Under the pieces are notes generated by a model, which was not told the origin of the DNA, searched no databases, and saw only the letters and a program-made list of their open reading frames with translations. Positions 1 through 8,704 of a stretch of DNA of 64,000 nucleotides are shown here, in pieces (within the stretch, counting starts at the first letter, position 1; each line of letters opens with the position of its first letter). The DNA lies in contig JBKEBO010000016.1 in NCBI GenBank assembly GCA_047973205.1, positions 2,973 to 66,972 of the forward strand, written 5' to 3'. The position numbers and the translations under genes were made by a program. Source of the DNA: Alphaproteobacteria bacterium. Lineage in GTDB: Bacteria; Pseudomonadota; Alphaproteobacteria; JBKEAR01.

Positions 1-1830
1 GGTGTTTCGACTGAGGTAACACTTACGCAAGCTGGAAGCTCAGAAAAATTATCCAATATATGGCCTGCTCCACAAAGCTTTATGGTAGGCCCTTTAGAGG
101 GTTGGGGCTATGAGGATTATGTGATTATCCCGATGGTTTTTCCGAATAATATGGACCCTTACTTACCTTATAAGCTTGATATTACAGGACAAATTTGTAA
201 AGAAGTGTGTATACCTTTTGAGATTAGTGATGATATTATGCCCAATGGGCAAAATTTAGATACAGATGCTCAAAAACTCACACAAGCGGCATCTAATATT
301 CCATTGCCTGCCGCATCCGATATTCAGGCTCATGGGGTTTTTGAAATGGATGTGACAAATGCCGATAAGGCCCTTTTGGAGATTACGGTTAGTAATCCAA
401 ATGGCTTTAAAAATCCAAAAATTTTTGAAAGCAGCAGAAGAAATTTAGGCTATACAAGTAAGGATGTTTTTTTACAAGACAATAATAAAACAGCAATATT
501 TATTTTAGAAACCAGTGGCTTAAAGTTTGAGCCTGATGCCTTAACGCAAGGAGAACTTAAACTTACAATTGTTGATGGCAAAAGCTCTTATTATCTTTCA
601 GCAACCGCTAAAAAAGGAATTGTAAAAGCCAAAAAAACACCACCACTTTCGCTTATTATTATTGCCCAAGCCTTACTTGTGGGACTTATTTTTAATATCA
701 TGCCATGTGTATTGCCTGTGTTGGGGATTAAGCTAGGAAGCATTGTTGGACTTGCTGGAGCTGAAAAAACAGAAGTCCGTTTAAGATTTATGCTCACCGC
801 TCTTGGTATTCTTATTGCCTTTATAGCACTTGCAGTTATGATTGCTAGTGCTAAATTATTAGGGGTTTATATGGGCTGGGGGACACATTTTCAGCAGCCT
901 TTATTTATCATTGCCATGATATTTATTGTGAGTATATTTGCCGCCTCTCTCTTTGGTTTATGGACGTTAATGCAGCCATCTGTCACAACAAAGACAACAA
1001 AAACAAGCCTTTTAAGTGAAGTTGGCTCAGGTATTTTAGCAACGATTTTGGCGACACCCTGTACCGTACCTTTTATGGCTCCTGTAGCAGCTTTTGCCTT
1101 TGCTGGAAGCCTGTTGCAGCTATTTATAATATTCCTTTGCATTGGGCTTGGTATGGCTTTACCGTGGCTTTTGGTGGCTCTGTTTCCCCAAGCCGTCTCA
1201 CTATTGCCAAAGCCTGGTATGTGGATGGTCTATGTTAAACGCTTTTTTGGTATACTTCTACTTGCAACAAATATTTGGCTTTTATGGGTGTTGCATAATC
1301 AGATAACCATGTTGGCGTGGCTTGCCGTAATTTTAGCTATATTATTGATATTTACTGTGTTTATTATAACACGTCATTCCTTATCAACACTAAAATGGCT
1401 ATGGATATTGCTCATAGCGGCAGCAACATTAGCCATGGCTGCTTTTATGCCAATTGCTAAAGATAACAGTAGCTTACAAGAAGGACAAAAGGGCGCTTTA
1501 GCGTTTGAAAACTTCTCTTATCAAAGGCTTACAGAAGTTTTACAAAATGGACAACAAGCTTTGGTTATTGGTACAGCTGATTGGTGTATTACTTGTAAGG
1601 TGAATGAACGGCGGGTTTTTAGCCATGAAAAAGTGGCAAAAAGGATTAAAGAACATGATATTATCGTGTTACTGGCTGATATGACAAATGATAACCCCGA
1701 GGGTAAAAAATGGATGCAAGAGCTTGACCGTTACGGCTTACCACTAACAGTCTTTTACCGCAGTTTAACTGACTTTGATATATTACCAACATTCCTATCG
1801 GAAAAAGATATATTTGATCGCTTAAAATAG
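1..1830 (+). CDS. dsbD: Thiol:disulfide interchange protein, DsbD/ScsB family (5' end probably outside window)
   Basis: Frame 1 has no stop from base 1 to the listed ATG at 82, so the gene likely starts upstream. It has a polytopic membrane core with Cys motifs MPCVLPV and TPCTVPF, and a C-terminal thioredoxin fold with WCITCK (CxxC). Confidence 0.75.
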   Translation, partial: GVSTEVTLTQAGSSEKLSNIWPAPQSFMVGPLEGWGYEDYVIIPMVFPNNMDPYLPYKLDITGQICKEVCIPFEISDDIMPNGQNLDTDAQKLTQAASNIPLPAASDIQAHGVFEMDVTNADKALLEITVSNPNGFKNPKIFESSRRNLGYTSKDVFLQDNNKTAIFILETSGLKFEPDALTQGELKLTIVDGKSSYYLSATAKKGIVKAKKTPPLSLIIIAQALLVGLIFNIMPCVLPVLGIKLGSIVGLAGAEKTEVRLRFMLTALGILIAFIALAVMIASAKLLGVYMGWGTHFQQPLFIIAMIFIVSIFAASLFGLWTLMQPSVTTKTTKTSLLSEVGSGILATILATPCTVPFMAPVAAFAFAGSLLQLFIIFLCIGLGMALPWLLVALFPQAVSLLPKPGMWMVYVKRFFGILLLATNIWLLWVLHNQITMLAWLAVILAILLIFTVFIITRHSLSTLKWLWILLIAAATLAMAAFMPIAKDNSSLQEGQKGALAFENFSYQRLTEVLQNGQQALVIGTADWCITCKVNERRVFSHEKVAKRIKEHDIIVLLADMTNDNPEGKKWMQELDRYGLPLTVFYRSLTDFDILPTFLSEKDIFDRLK

Positions 1831-1904
1831 ATATTCGTAATATGGACTTAAAAGATAGATAAATTGGAACAAATTTTACCTTATAAATAGCTCATCCCCT
1901 TATA

Positions 1905-1935
1905 AAAGCAAACCCCCGATAAATCGGGGGTTCTG
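1905..1935 (-). terminator. Rho-independent terminator downstream of rpoH (possibly bidirectional with dsbD)
   Basis: Stem CCCCCGA (1913-1919), loop TAAA, stem TCGGGGG (1924-1930). On the minus strand the hairpin is followed by TTTGCTTTTAT. Confidence 0.6.
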
Positions 1936-1964
1936 AGCTACCTAGAGAGAAGAGGGGTATGAGA

Positions 1965-2837
1965 CTATAGGGTATATTCGTAGGTAGCTTTCTCTTGGGC
2001 GTATTTTTTCACTTTTTGAAATGCTTGCATCTCAACTTGACGAATACGCTCGCGACTGACACCGTAAGTTTTTGATAAACTATCTAAAGTTGTTGCAGAT
2101 GTTTTCAAGCGGCGTTGAATAAAAATATCTCTTTCACGTTTATTTAATCTTCTTAAAGCATCTTTAAGTAAGCCAACTCGAGCTAAGAATTCTTGGTGAT
2201 CAGCATAGTCATCTTCATGATTTTGATTATCATCCACAAGCCAATCTTGCCATGAACTTGTACCATCATGAGAAATCTCGGCATTTAAAGAATAATCAGG
2301 GCCAGATAAACGTTCGTTCATGCTGATAACATCTTTTTCGGGTACACCAAGCTCTTCAGCAATAGCAGATACAAAATTACTAGAAAGTTCAGTATCTTCA
2401 CTAATTTCTAAACGAGATTTTAGTTTACGAAGATTAAAGAATAGCTTCTTTTGAGCCACAGTTGTACCAATTTTTACCAAGGACCAAGAATGAAGAACAT
2501 ATTCTTGAATATTGGCTTTAATCCACCACATAGCATATGTTGCCAAACGATAACCTTTAGAAGGGTCAAAGCGGTTAACAGCTTGCACAAGACCAACATT
2601 ACCCTCTGAGATAAGTTCCGCAATAGGAAGGCCGTAACCTCTAAAGCCCATAGCAATATTAACCACAAGGCGTAAATGTGTTGATACGAGCTTTTCTGCA
2701 GCTTTTTTATCTTGCTTCTCAATAAGATTTTTAGCAAGTTCTTGCTCTTCTTCAAAAGAAAGCATAGGAAAACTTTTGACTTTTTGCAAATAGCTGCTTA
2801 AATCGTAAACAGGTTGTGTATATTTTACCATAGACAT
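1965..2837 (-). CDS. rpoH: RNA polymerase sigma-32 (heat-shock sigma factor RpoH)
   Basis: 290 aa sigma-70 family protein. Region 2 reads GNVGLVQAVNRFDPSKGYRLATYAMWWIKA. An RpoH-box-like segment follows (QKKLFFNLRKLK), and region 4 reads YGVSRERIRQVE. Confidence 0.9.
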   Translation of the reverse strand: MSMVKYTQPVYDLSSYLQKVKSFPMLSFEEEQELAKNLIEKQDKKAAEKLVSTHLRLVVNIAMGFRGYGLPIAELISEGNVGLVQAVNRFDPSKGYRLATYAMWWIKANIQEYVLHSWSLVKIGTTVAQKKLFFNLRKLKSRLEISEDTELSSNFVSAIAEELGVPEKDVISMNERLSGPDYSLNAEISHDGTSSWQDWLVDDNQNHEDDYADHQEFLARVGLLKDALRRLNKRERDIFIQRRLKTSATTLDSLSKTYGVSRERIRQVEMQAFQKVKKYAQEKATYEYTL

Positions 2838-2924
2838 TTTCGTAATCCCTCAATCTAAAAGTATCTGTCTATATATAAGCAAATTCTATGCCAAAATTAT
2901 AAAAGGTAACAAATTTTTTAAAAA

Positions 2925-3899
2925 TTAATATCGAGAAAGTTCAAGAGCTTGTTGTAAATCGAGCATATCCGTAGGAAGAGGAGACTTGAAAAACATCTCC
3001 TCATTGCTTATAGGATGTATGAAACCCAAAGTTGCAGCATGGAGAGCCTGACGAGGGAAGTTCTTTGCTTTTTGCCAACTTTCCTCCTCAAGACCATGTT
3101 TTTGCGGATTACGAAAACCATAGAGTTTATCACCAATAATAGGGTGGCCTTTATCGCACATATGAACCCTAATTTGATGGGTACGTCCTGTTGCAAGGCG
3201 GCACTCTACTTTGGCAGCCGCCATATCGCCATAGCTTGTAATTGTTTTATAATAGGTCAGAGCATAGCGACCACGATCATCTTTAAGAACCGTCATTTTT
3301 AGCCTATTTTTAGGATGCCTTCCGATATTTCCCTCAACTTGCCCTACACTCGGAACAGCTACTCCCCAAATAAATGCAAAATAGGAGCGAACATTTTCGC
3401 GATTTGCAAATTGCGAAGCTAAATGCATATGGGCTTGGTTTGATTTTGCAATAACCATCACACCTGAGGTATCAGCATCAAGCCTATGAACAATACCAGG
3501 ACGTTCCACACCACCAATCCCCGAAAGACTCCCCTTGCAGTGGTAAAGCAAGGCATTGACTAATGTTCCATCATAATTGCCTGCTCCAGGATGCACCACA
3601 AGCCCTGCTTGCTTGTTAATCACAATAATATCCGAATCCTCATAAAGAACATCTAGTGGAATATCTTGAGCCTCAGGAGTAGCCGCCTTAGGCTCGGGAA
3701 TAGTAAGTAAATATTCTTCACCCTCTTTTGTTTTGGTTTTGGCAATATTAACAATCTTTCCATCACGGCTTAGGCAATCTTCCTCAATAAGTTGAACAAT
3801 TTTAGAGCGAGAAATATCGCTCACCTCAAGGGATACAGCCTTATCAATGCGAAGCCCTGCTTTAATAGAGTCAATTTTAATGATAAAAGATTGCGACAT
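2925..3899 (-). CDS. rluD: 23S rRNA pseudouridine synthase, RluD family
   Basis: N-terminal S4 domain plus catalytic motif HRLDADTSGVMVIAK, with GRTHQIRVH further on. I prefer the ATG at 3899 (MSQSFIIK); the 22-codon extension in the ORF track has no homology logic. Confidence 0.85.
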   Translation of the reverse strand: MSQSFIIKIDSIKAGLRIDKAVSLEVSDISRSKIVQLIEEDCLSRDGKIVNIAKTKTKEGEEYLLTIPEPKAATPEAQDIPLDVLYEDSDIIVINKQAGLVVHPGAGNYDGTLVNALLYHCKGSLSGIGGVERPGIVHRLDADTSGVMVIAKSNQAHMHLASQFANRENVRSYFAFIWGVAVPSVGQVEGNIGRHPKNRLKMTVLKDDRGRYALTYYKTITSYGDMAAAKVECRLATGRTHQIRVHMCDKGHPIIGDKLYGFRNPQKHGLEEESWQKAKNFPRQALHAATLGFIHPISNEEMFFKSPLPTDMLDLQQALELSRY

Positions 3900-3952
3900 G
3901 TTCCGTAACTTTCTATAATAACCAAAAATATATCTTAACATAAGGGGAAAGC

Positions 3953-4285
3953 ATGAAGCTAGCAATCTTAAAATTAATTGTTTATTTTATGGGAATGTTA
4001 TTGGTTGGGTTACTTTTATTTTTGGGTTATGCCATTTATAAAAAAGTAAACTATCCCGATTGGAACCCACTAAAACCTCAACCAACACAACAAGTTACAC
4101 AGGCTCAAAAGCAAAGCCAAGAACAACCCATATGGTCATCGCAATGTTTAGCTGATAAAGAAGTTCAGCTAAATAATAATCGCATTGTTGCTTGGAGTAA
4201 AGCATGTGATTTCTTTGATATTTTTGATAGCAACGGACGCTTTATTTACCGTGTAAAATTAGGAGAGCAAGCCAGTGGTCAATAA
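3953..4285 (+). CDS. Hypothetical small membrane-anchored protein
   Basis: 110 aa ORF with one N-terminal hydrophobic helix (LIVYFMGMLLVGLLLFLGYAIY). No recognisable domain. It fills the gap between rluD and ltaE. Confidence 0.45.
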   Translation: MKLAILKLIVYFMGMLLVGLLLFLGYAIYKKVNYPDWNPLKPQPTQQVTQAQKQSQEQPIWSSQCLADKEVQLNNNRIVAWSKACDFFDIFDSNGRFIYRVKLGEQASGQ

Positions 4286-5315
4286 GAATTTTATGAGTGA
4301 TAATGTTTGGGGTGTACATCCTAATGTTATGGCGGCTCTTAACGAGGCTCATGCGGGAGCTGATAATGCCTATGGTGATGATACTTATACCCAAAAACTT
4401 CGCAATCAGATGAATATATTATTCGAAAAACAAGTTACATGCCTACCTGTGCAATCGGGTACAGGAGCAAATGGATTATCTTTAAGCCTATGTGCGGGAG
4501 CAGTAAACAGAATCCTTTGTCATAAGGAGGCTCACCTATGGGAATCCGAATGTGGAGCAATTGAAAATTACACAGGTGGAGCTGCTTTAGAATTTGTGGC
4601 AGGAGAATATGGTAAGGTTGAGCCTAAGGCTTTGAAACGCCTGCTTAGTCGAGACAGCCATGGTTTCCATCGACAAGAACCTTCCGTGCTTTCTATTGCT
4701 CAAACAACAGAAGTAGGTACTGTCTATACGCCCGATGAAATAAAATCTTTATCGGATATATGTAAGGAATATGGGCTTTATCTGCATATGGATGGAGCAA
4801 GGCTCGCTAATGCCGCAGCTCTGTATCCTCAGCTTTGTTTAAGTGAATTAACGTGGAAGTTGGGGGTAGATATACTCTCATTTGGTTTTACCAAAAATGG
4901 AGCGATGGGTGCTGAGGCAGTTATTGTTTTTGATGCTGCTCTTACAAAAGAACTCCATTATAGAGCCAAAAGAGCAGGACTTATTGCCTCAAAAATGCGT
5001 TTTGTTTCCGTACAAATTTTGGCAATGCTTCAAGATGATTTATGGCGAAGTTTAGGGAAAAAAGCCAACGAACAAGCAAAGATACTTTATCAAGGATTAA
5101 CAGAGCTTTCATCGGTAAGTGAGGCCATACCCTTTGAAAGTAATCAGTTATTTATCAATATGAAAAAAGAACTTAAAGAAGCATTACAAGCTCAAGGCTT
5201 TCTTTTTTACGATTGGCCATCACTGGGAGAAAATGCTTATCGTCTGATTTGCTCATCGGAAATTGATACCGCTTGGGTTGAAGAGTTTGTTAAAGCAGCA
5301 AAAGAGCTAAGCTAA
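4275..5315 (+). CDS. ltaE: Low-specificity L-threonine aldolase / beta-eliminating lyase family, PLP-dependent
   Basis: N-terminus F-SDN--G-HP-V--AL is typical of alphaproteobacterial threonine aldolases. GTGANGLSL and the FGFTKNG PLP-lysine region are present. GTG 4275 has AGGAGA 9 nt upstream; ATG 4293 is an alternative start. Confidence 0.75.
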   Translation: MVNKNFMSDNVWGVHPNVMAALNEAHAGADNAYGDDTYTQKLRNQMNILFEKQVTCLPVQSGTGANGLSLSLCAGAVNRILCHKEAHLWESECGAIENYTGGAALEFVAGEYGKVEPKALKRLLSRDSHGFHRQEPSVLSIAQTTEVGTVYTPDEIKSLSDICKEYGLYLHMDGARLANAAALYPQLCLSELTWKLGVDILSFGFTKNGAMGAEAVIVFDAALTKELHYRAKRAGLIASKMRFVSVQILAMLQDDLWRSLGKKANEQAKILYQGLTELSSVSEAIPFESNQLFINMKKELKEALQAQGFLFYDWPSLGENAYRLICSSEIDTAWVEEFVKAAKELS

Positions 5316-5338
5316 CCTCCTTGGGCTAGGCTCTTTTT
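5304..5338 (+). terminator. Putative rho-independent terminator of ltaE
   Basis: GAGCTAAGC (5304-5312) pairs with GCTAGGCTC (5325-5333), with one mismatch and one G-U, followed by TTTTT (5334-5338). The stem overlaps the stop codon. Confidence 0.5.
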
Positions 5339-5416
5339 ACACCCCGCAGGCCGCACCCTTAGACTTACCAAAGTGGCATTATCATCATTATCCTTGTTGC
5401 TTATTTATTGATTTAT

Positions 5417-6883
5417 CTATGTATTTATACCTAATGCAATATCAACATCTTTCATATTTCCCTCACTCTCGACCAAAATAACAAGCGTATCATGCTCCTC
5501 TATAATTGTAATCCCCTTGGGACGGATATATTGGCCGTCACGCTTAATCATTGTAATAAAAGCTGTTTTAGGAAAATCAAGGTCAACAATTCGTTGCCCC
5601 ACCGCAGGACACTGAGGCAAAATCGGTACAAGTTTCATTTTAGACATCGGTAAATCAAGGGCATCACGCTCATCTTCCTGTGGCTCTTTTGTCTCTTCAG
5701 GTAAAGCAATATCGAGCCATTTTGCCACTAAAGATAGGGTTGTTCCTTGCAAAAGAACAGAGGTTACTGAGATGAAAAATACGATATTAAACATCATACT
5801 AGCCTGACTAATCCCTGCTAAAAGTGGATAGGTCGCAAACACAATCGGTACTGCTCCACGTAAGCCAACCCACGATATATAAATTCGCCTTTTTATAGGC
5901 ATCCGAAAAAATGATAGGCTTAAAAAAACTGCAAATGGTCGAGCCAAAAAAATAAGAGCCATTGAGATAAGCAGTCCAATAGCGGCAACCTCCATAATTT
6001 CGCTAGGAAAAACAAGGAGTCCCAAGGTTAAAAAGAGGATAATCTGCATCAGCCATGCCAAGCCATCAAACATCTTAAGGATTGTCTGTTTATGAATTAA
6101 ATTCTGGTTTCCAAGATAAACGGCACAAATATAAATAGCTAAAAATCCATTGCCTCCAACAAAATCTGTGGCTGAAAAAGTAAGGAACATCAAAGCGATA
6201 ACTAAAATCGGATAAAGCCCCTCAAAGTCCAGATTAATTCTATTGATAAAAAATGTACTCATATAACCGAACGCAAAACCTGCAATTGCACCAATAATCA
6301 TCTGCTGGAGGAATATGGGCACCATGGAGACTAAACCTAAATCTTGATGTATTACAAGGTTTAAGAAGGCAATGGTAAGCACATAAGCCATGGGATCGTT
6401 ACTCCCACTCTCAAACTCTAAGGTTGAGCGTAGGTTGGATTTTAGGGCCAAATTCTTTGAACGTAGAATAGAGAAAACCGCCGCCGCATCGGTTGATGAG
6501 ACAATCGAGCCTAAAAGCAGGCTTTCATAAATAGTAAAATTTGTAACTAACCAAATGAATGTACCAAGGAATAAAGCCGTGAGAAGCACCCCGATAGTCG
6601 ATAAGCTAAGTCCTTCTTTTAAAATAGGTTTTACTCGCTCCCAGTCGGTGTCTAGCCCACCAGAAAACATTATAAAGTTAAAGGATACCACACCGATAAA
6701 TCGTGCGAGCTTAGGGTCATCAAAATGAATACCACCAATCCCCTCAGAGCCTGCAAGCATACCGATTACCAAAAAGAGCAATAAGGTTGGTACCCCATAT
6801 TTAAAGGCTCTTTTGGCCAAGATGATACTCACCAAAAGCATCAAGGAGCCAACCAGTAATATATTTTCGATTGTAATATTCAT
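5417..6883 (-). CDS. K+/H+ (cation:proton) antiporter, CPA1 NhaP2/CvrA-like, with C-terminal TrkA_C domain
   Basis: 488 aa with about 12 hydrophobic segments. It carries the Na_H exchanger signature (SIVSSTDAAAVFSIL, FESGSNDPMAY) and a soluble C-terminal domain (AVGQRIVDLDFP...TLVILVE). Confidence 0.8.
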   Translation of the reverse strand: MNITIENILLVGSLMLLVSIILAKRAFKYGVPTLLLFLVIGMLAGSEGIGGIHFDDPKLARFIGVVSFNFIMFSGGLDTDWERVKPILKEGLSLSTIGVLLTALFLGTFIWLVTNFTIYESLLLGSIVSSTDAAAVFSILRSKNLALKSNLRSTLEFESGSNDPMAYVLTIAFLNLVIHQDLGLVSMVPIFLQQMIIGAIAGFAFGYMSTFFINRINLDFEGLYPILVIALMFLTFSATDFVGGNGFLAIYICAVYLGNQNLIHKQTILKMFDGLAWLMQIILFLTLGLLVFPSEIMEVAAIGLLISMALIFLARPFAVFLSLSFFRMPIKRRIYISWVGLRGAVPIVFATYPLLAGISQASMMFNIVFFISVTSVLLQGTTLSLVAKWLDIALPEETKEPQEDERDALDLPMSKMKLVPILPQCPAVGQRIVDLDFPKTAFITMIKRDGQYIRPKGITIIEEHDTLVILVESEGNMKDVDIALGINT

Positions 6884-6957
6884 ATTGGCCCTAACCCTTT
6901 ATTCTCAATCATCTTTTTAGGTTATATGATGATGCTATCAAAGTCACTATTTTTCAA

Positions 6958-6990
6958 CAAAAAAACCACCCAATATTGGGTGGCTTTTCA
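6958..6990 (-). terminator. Rho-independent terminator of rpsD
   Basis: CCACCCA (6966-6972), loop ATAT, TGGGTGG (6977-6983). On the minus strand the hairpin is followed by a run of 8 T. Confidence 0.75.
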
Positions 6991-7014
6991 ATTTTGTTAT
7001 TTGCTTTAAGGCTC

Positions 7015-7632
7015 TTAACGCGAGTAGAATTCCACCACAAGGTTGGGTTCCATCTGTACTGGGTAAGGTACATCGGCTAAGCCTGGAATACTGATATATT
7101 TACCGCTACGCTTATCTAAATCCACATCCATATAATCAGGAACATCACGCTCTGGCGATTGTACGGCGGCGATAACCATCGGAATTTGACGAGATTTTTC
7201 ACGCACTTCAACCACATCACCTGCCTTAACACGGTATGAGGGGATGTTCACTTTTTGACCATTCACAAAAATATGGCCATGGTTGATAAACTGGCGTGAT
7301 GCAAATACAGTTGGTACGAATTTCATACGGTAAACCACTGCATCTAAACGGGTTTCTAAAATACCAATCAGATTTTCGGATGTATCACCTGGGCGACGAG
7401 CGGCCTCGGCATAATAACGACGAAACTGCTTTTCTGTAATGTTGCCGTAATAGCCTTTTAGCTTCTGCTTTGCAGCAAGCTGAATACCATAATCTGAGAG
7501 TTTACCACGGCGGTTTTGGCCATGTTGACCTGGCCCGTAAGGGCGTGTATTTACTGGAGATTTTGCACGACCCCAAAGGTTAACACCAAAGCGGCGGTCG
7601 ATTTTGTATTTGGTTTGAATACGTCTTGTCAT
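7015..7632 (-). CDS. rpsD: 30S ribosomal protein S4
   Basis: 205 aa. The sequence [22 protein letters not shown]...[10 protein letters not shown]...S4 domain...NLVVEFYSR is unmistakable uS4. Confidence 0.97.
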   Translation of the reverse strand: MTRRIQTKYKIDRRFGVNLWGRAKSPVNTRPYGPGQHGQNRRGKLSDYGIQLAAKQKLKGYYGNITEKQFRRYYAEAARRPGDTSENLIGILETRLDAVVYRMKFVPTVFASRQFINHGHIFVNGQKVNIPSYRVKAGDVVEVREKSRQIPMVIAAVQSPERDVPDYMDVDLDKRSGKYISIPGLADVPYPVQMEPNLVVEFYSR

Positions 7633-7828
7633 AAAATTTTAATCCTTGCACATGTTTAGCTTTTGGAGATTCTCTCCATTGGCCGTCAGTTGTTATTTTT
7701 GTTCCAATTATCCGTTATAAAACAGAGGGATATACAATTACTCCATGGAGTTTTGCAATCCACTTTCTCGGACGTAGCGGTGATTATCATTAAAAATGGC
7801 CAATATGTCAATATCTTATTACTTTTAT

Positions 7829-8030
7829 GACCATAAAAATCCATTTTTATCCATTTTTGTCCATTTTTATCCGTAAAATATCCTCTTTAAACCAATTTAA
7901 GCCAAAAAAATCCTCCCATATACAACCAGCATCCTCATACTTTTAAGGGCAAGAAGTGTCATTTAAGGGATATTTTTTGTATTTTTATGGATAAAAATGG
8001 ACGAAAACGGGCAAATTTTGGCTAAATATG
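7829..8030. repeat. Phased-repeat inverted element, copy A (10-bp TCCATTTTTAT units)
   Basis: CC(A/G)T occurs at 7831, 7841, 7851, 7861 and 7871, with degenerate units continuing to 7911, in an exact 10-bp register. The inverse array has ATGG, ATGG and ACGG at 7987, 7997 and 8007. The architecture matches 32833-33115 and 49243-49458. Confidence 0.8.
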
Positions 8031-8660
8031 CCTTAAAATGAACTGTATACTCCCCTCTAATACCTCAGGAGCAATCATGTGTCCCATGCCTGTGACCATA
8101 TGATTTTCAGCTTCAATAGAAACTCTTTTAAGTTGAGAAACGGCTTGACCAAGAGCATCAGGAGTAATCGCCTCATCAGCCGTTCCATGCCATAATTGCA
8201 CAGGAGGATGTTGCTTAACTCCCTCATCGGCTATGTAAAGACCCGACCAGCCCACAATTGCTGCAGGAGCTTCACTTAAGCGTAATCCTGTATAAAGAGA
8301 CATCATACAACCCTGAGAAAATCCTGCAATAACAAGCTTTTGAGCGGGCATATCATATTTTTTAAGCTGCTCTTCAATATAGGATTTTAATATAGGATAA
8401 GCCGATTGAGCCCCTTGTAATAAGGCTTCAGGCGTACGTTCTAAAAGGCTAAACCACTGGCGATAACCCTCACCCATATCAATCTCGCATATTTGTGGAG
8501 CATCTGGAGCGAGAATAATAATATCTTCCCCCAAACGAGATTTAAAAAAATGTTTTAATCCAAAGAGATCCGCACCATTTGCTCCATAACCATGAAGCAG
8601 AATTAACATCATTTTTGCTTGGCCTTCAGGCTTATATTCATGGCTTATCAGTTCAGTCAT
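8022..8660 (-). CDS. Phospholipase/carboxylesterase family alpha/beta hydrolase
   Basis: 212 aa with LLHGYGANGADL, the nucleophile elbow GFSQG, and a late HGTADEAI...GHM segment. This is the typical YpfH/Est family layout. Confidence 0.8.
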   Translation of the reverse strand: MTELISHEYKPEGQAKMMLILLHGYGANGADLFGLKHFFKSRLGEDIIILAPDAPQICEIDMGEGYRQWFSLLERTPEALLQGAQSAYPILKSYIEEQLKKYDMPAQKLVIAGFSQGCMMSLYTGLRLSEAPAAIVGWSGLYIADEGVKQHPPVQLWHGTADEAITPDALGQAVSQLKRVSIEAENHMVTGMGHMIAPEVLEGSIQFILRHI

Positions 8661-8704
8661 TTTTTCGATTCCTTGTTGATATATAATATGTTAAGCTAGC
8701 TTTT

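Noticed and set aside
7829-8030. The phased TTATCC arrays considered as the chromosomal replication origin (oriC).
   Set aside because: Three similar loci occur within 42 kb. None is next to typical alphaproteobacterial origin neighbours (dnaA, hemE, parAB), and no AT-rich 13-mer-like unwinding element is evident. DnaA binding remains possible, but an oriC assignment is not supported.
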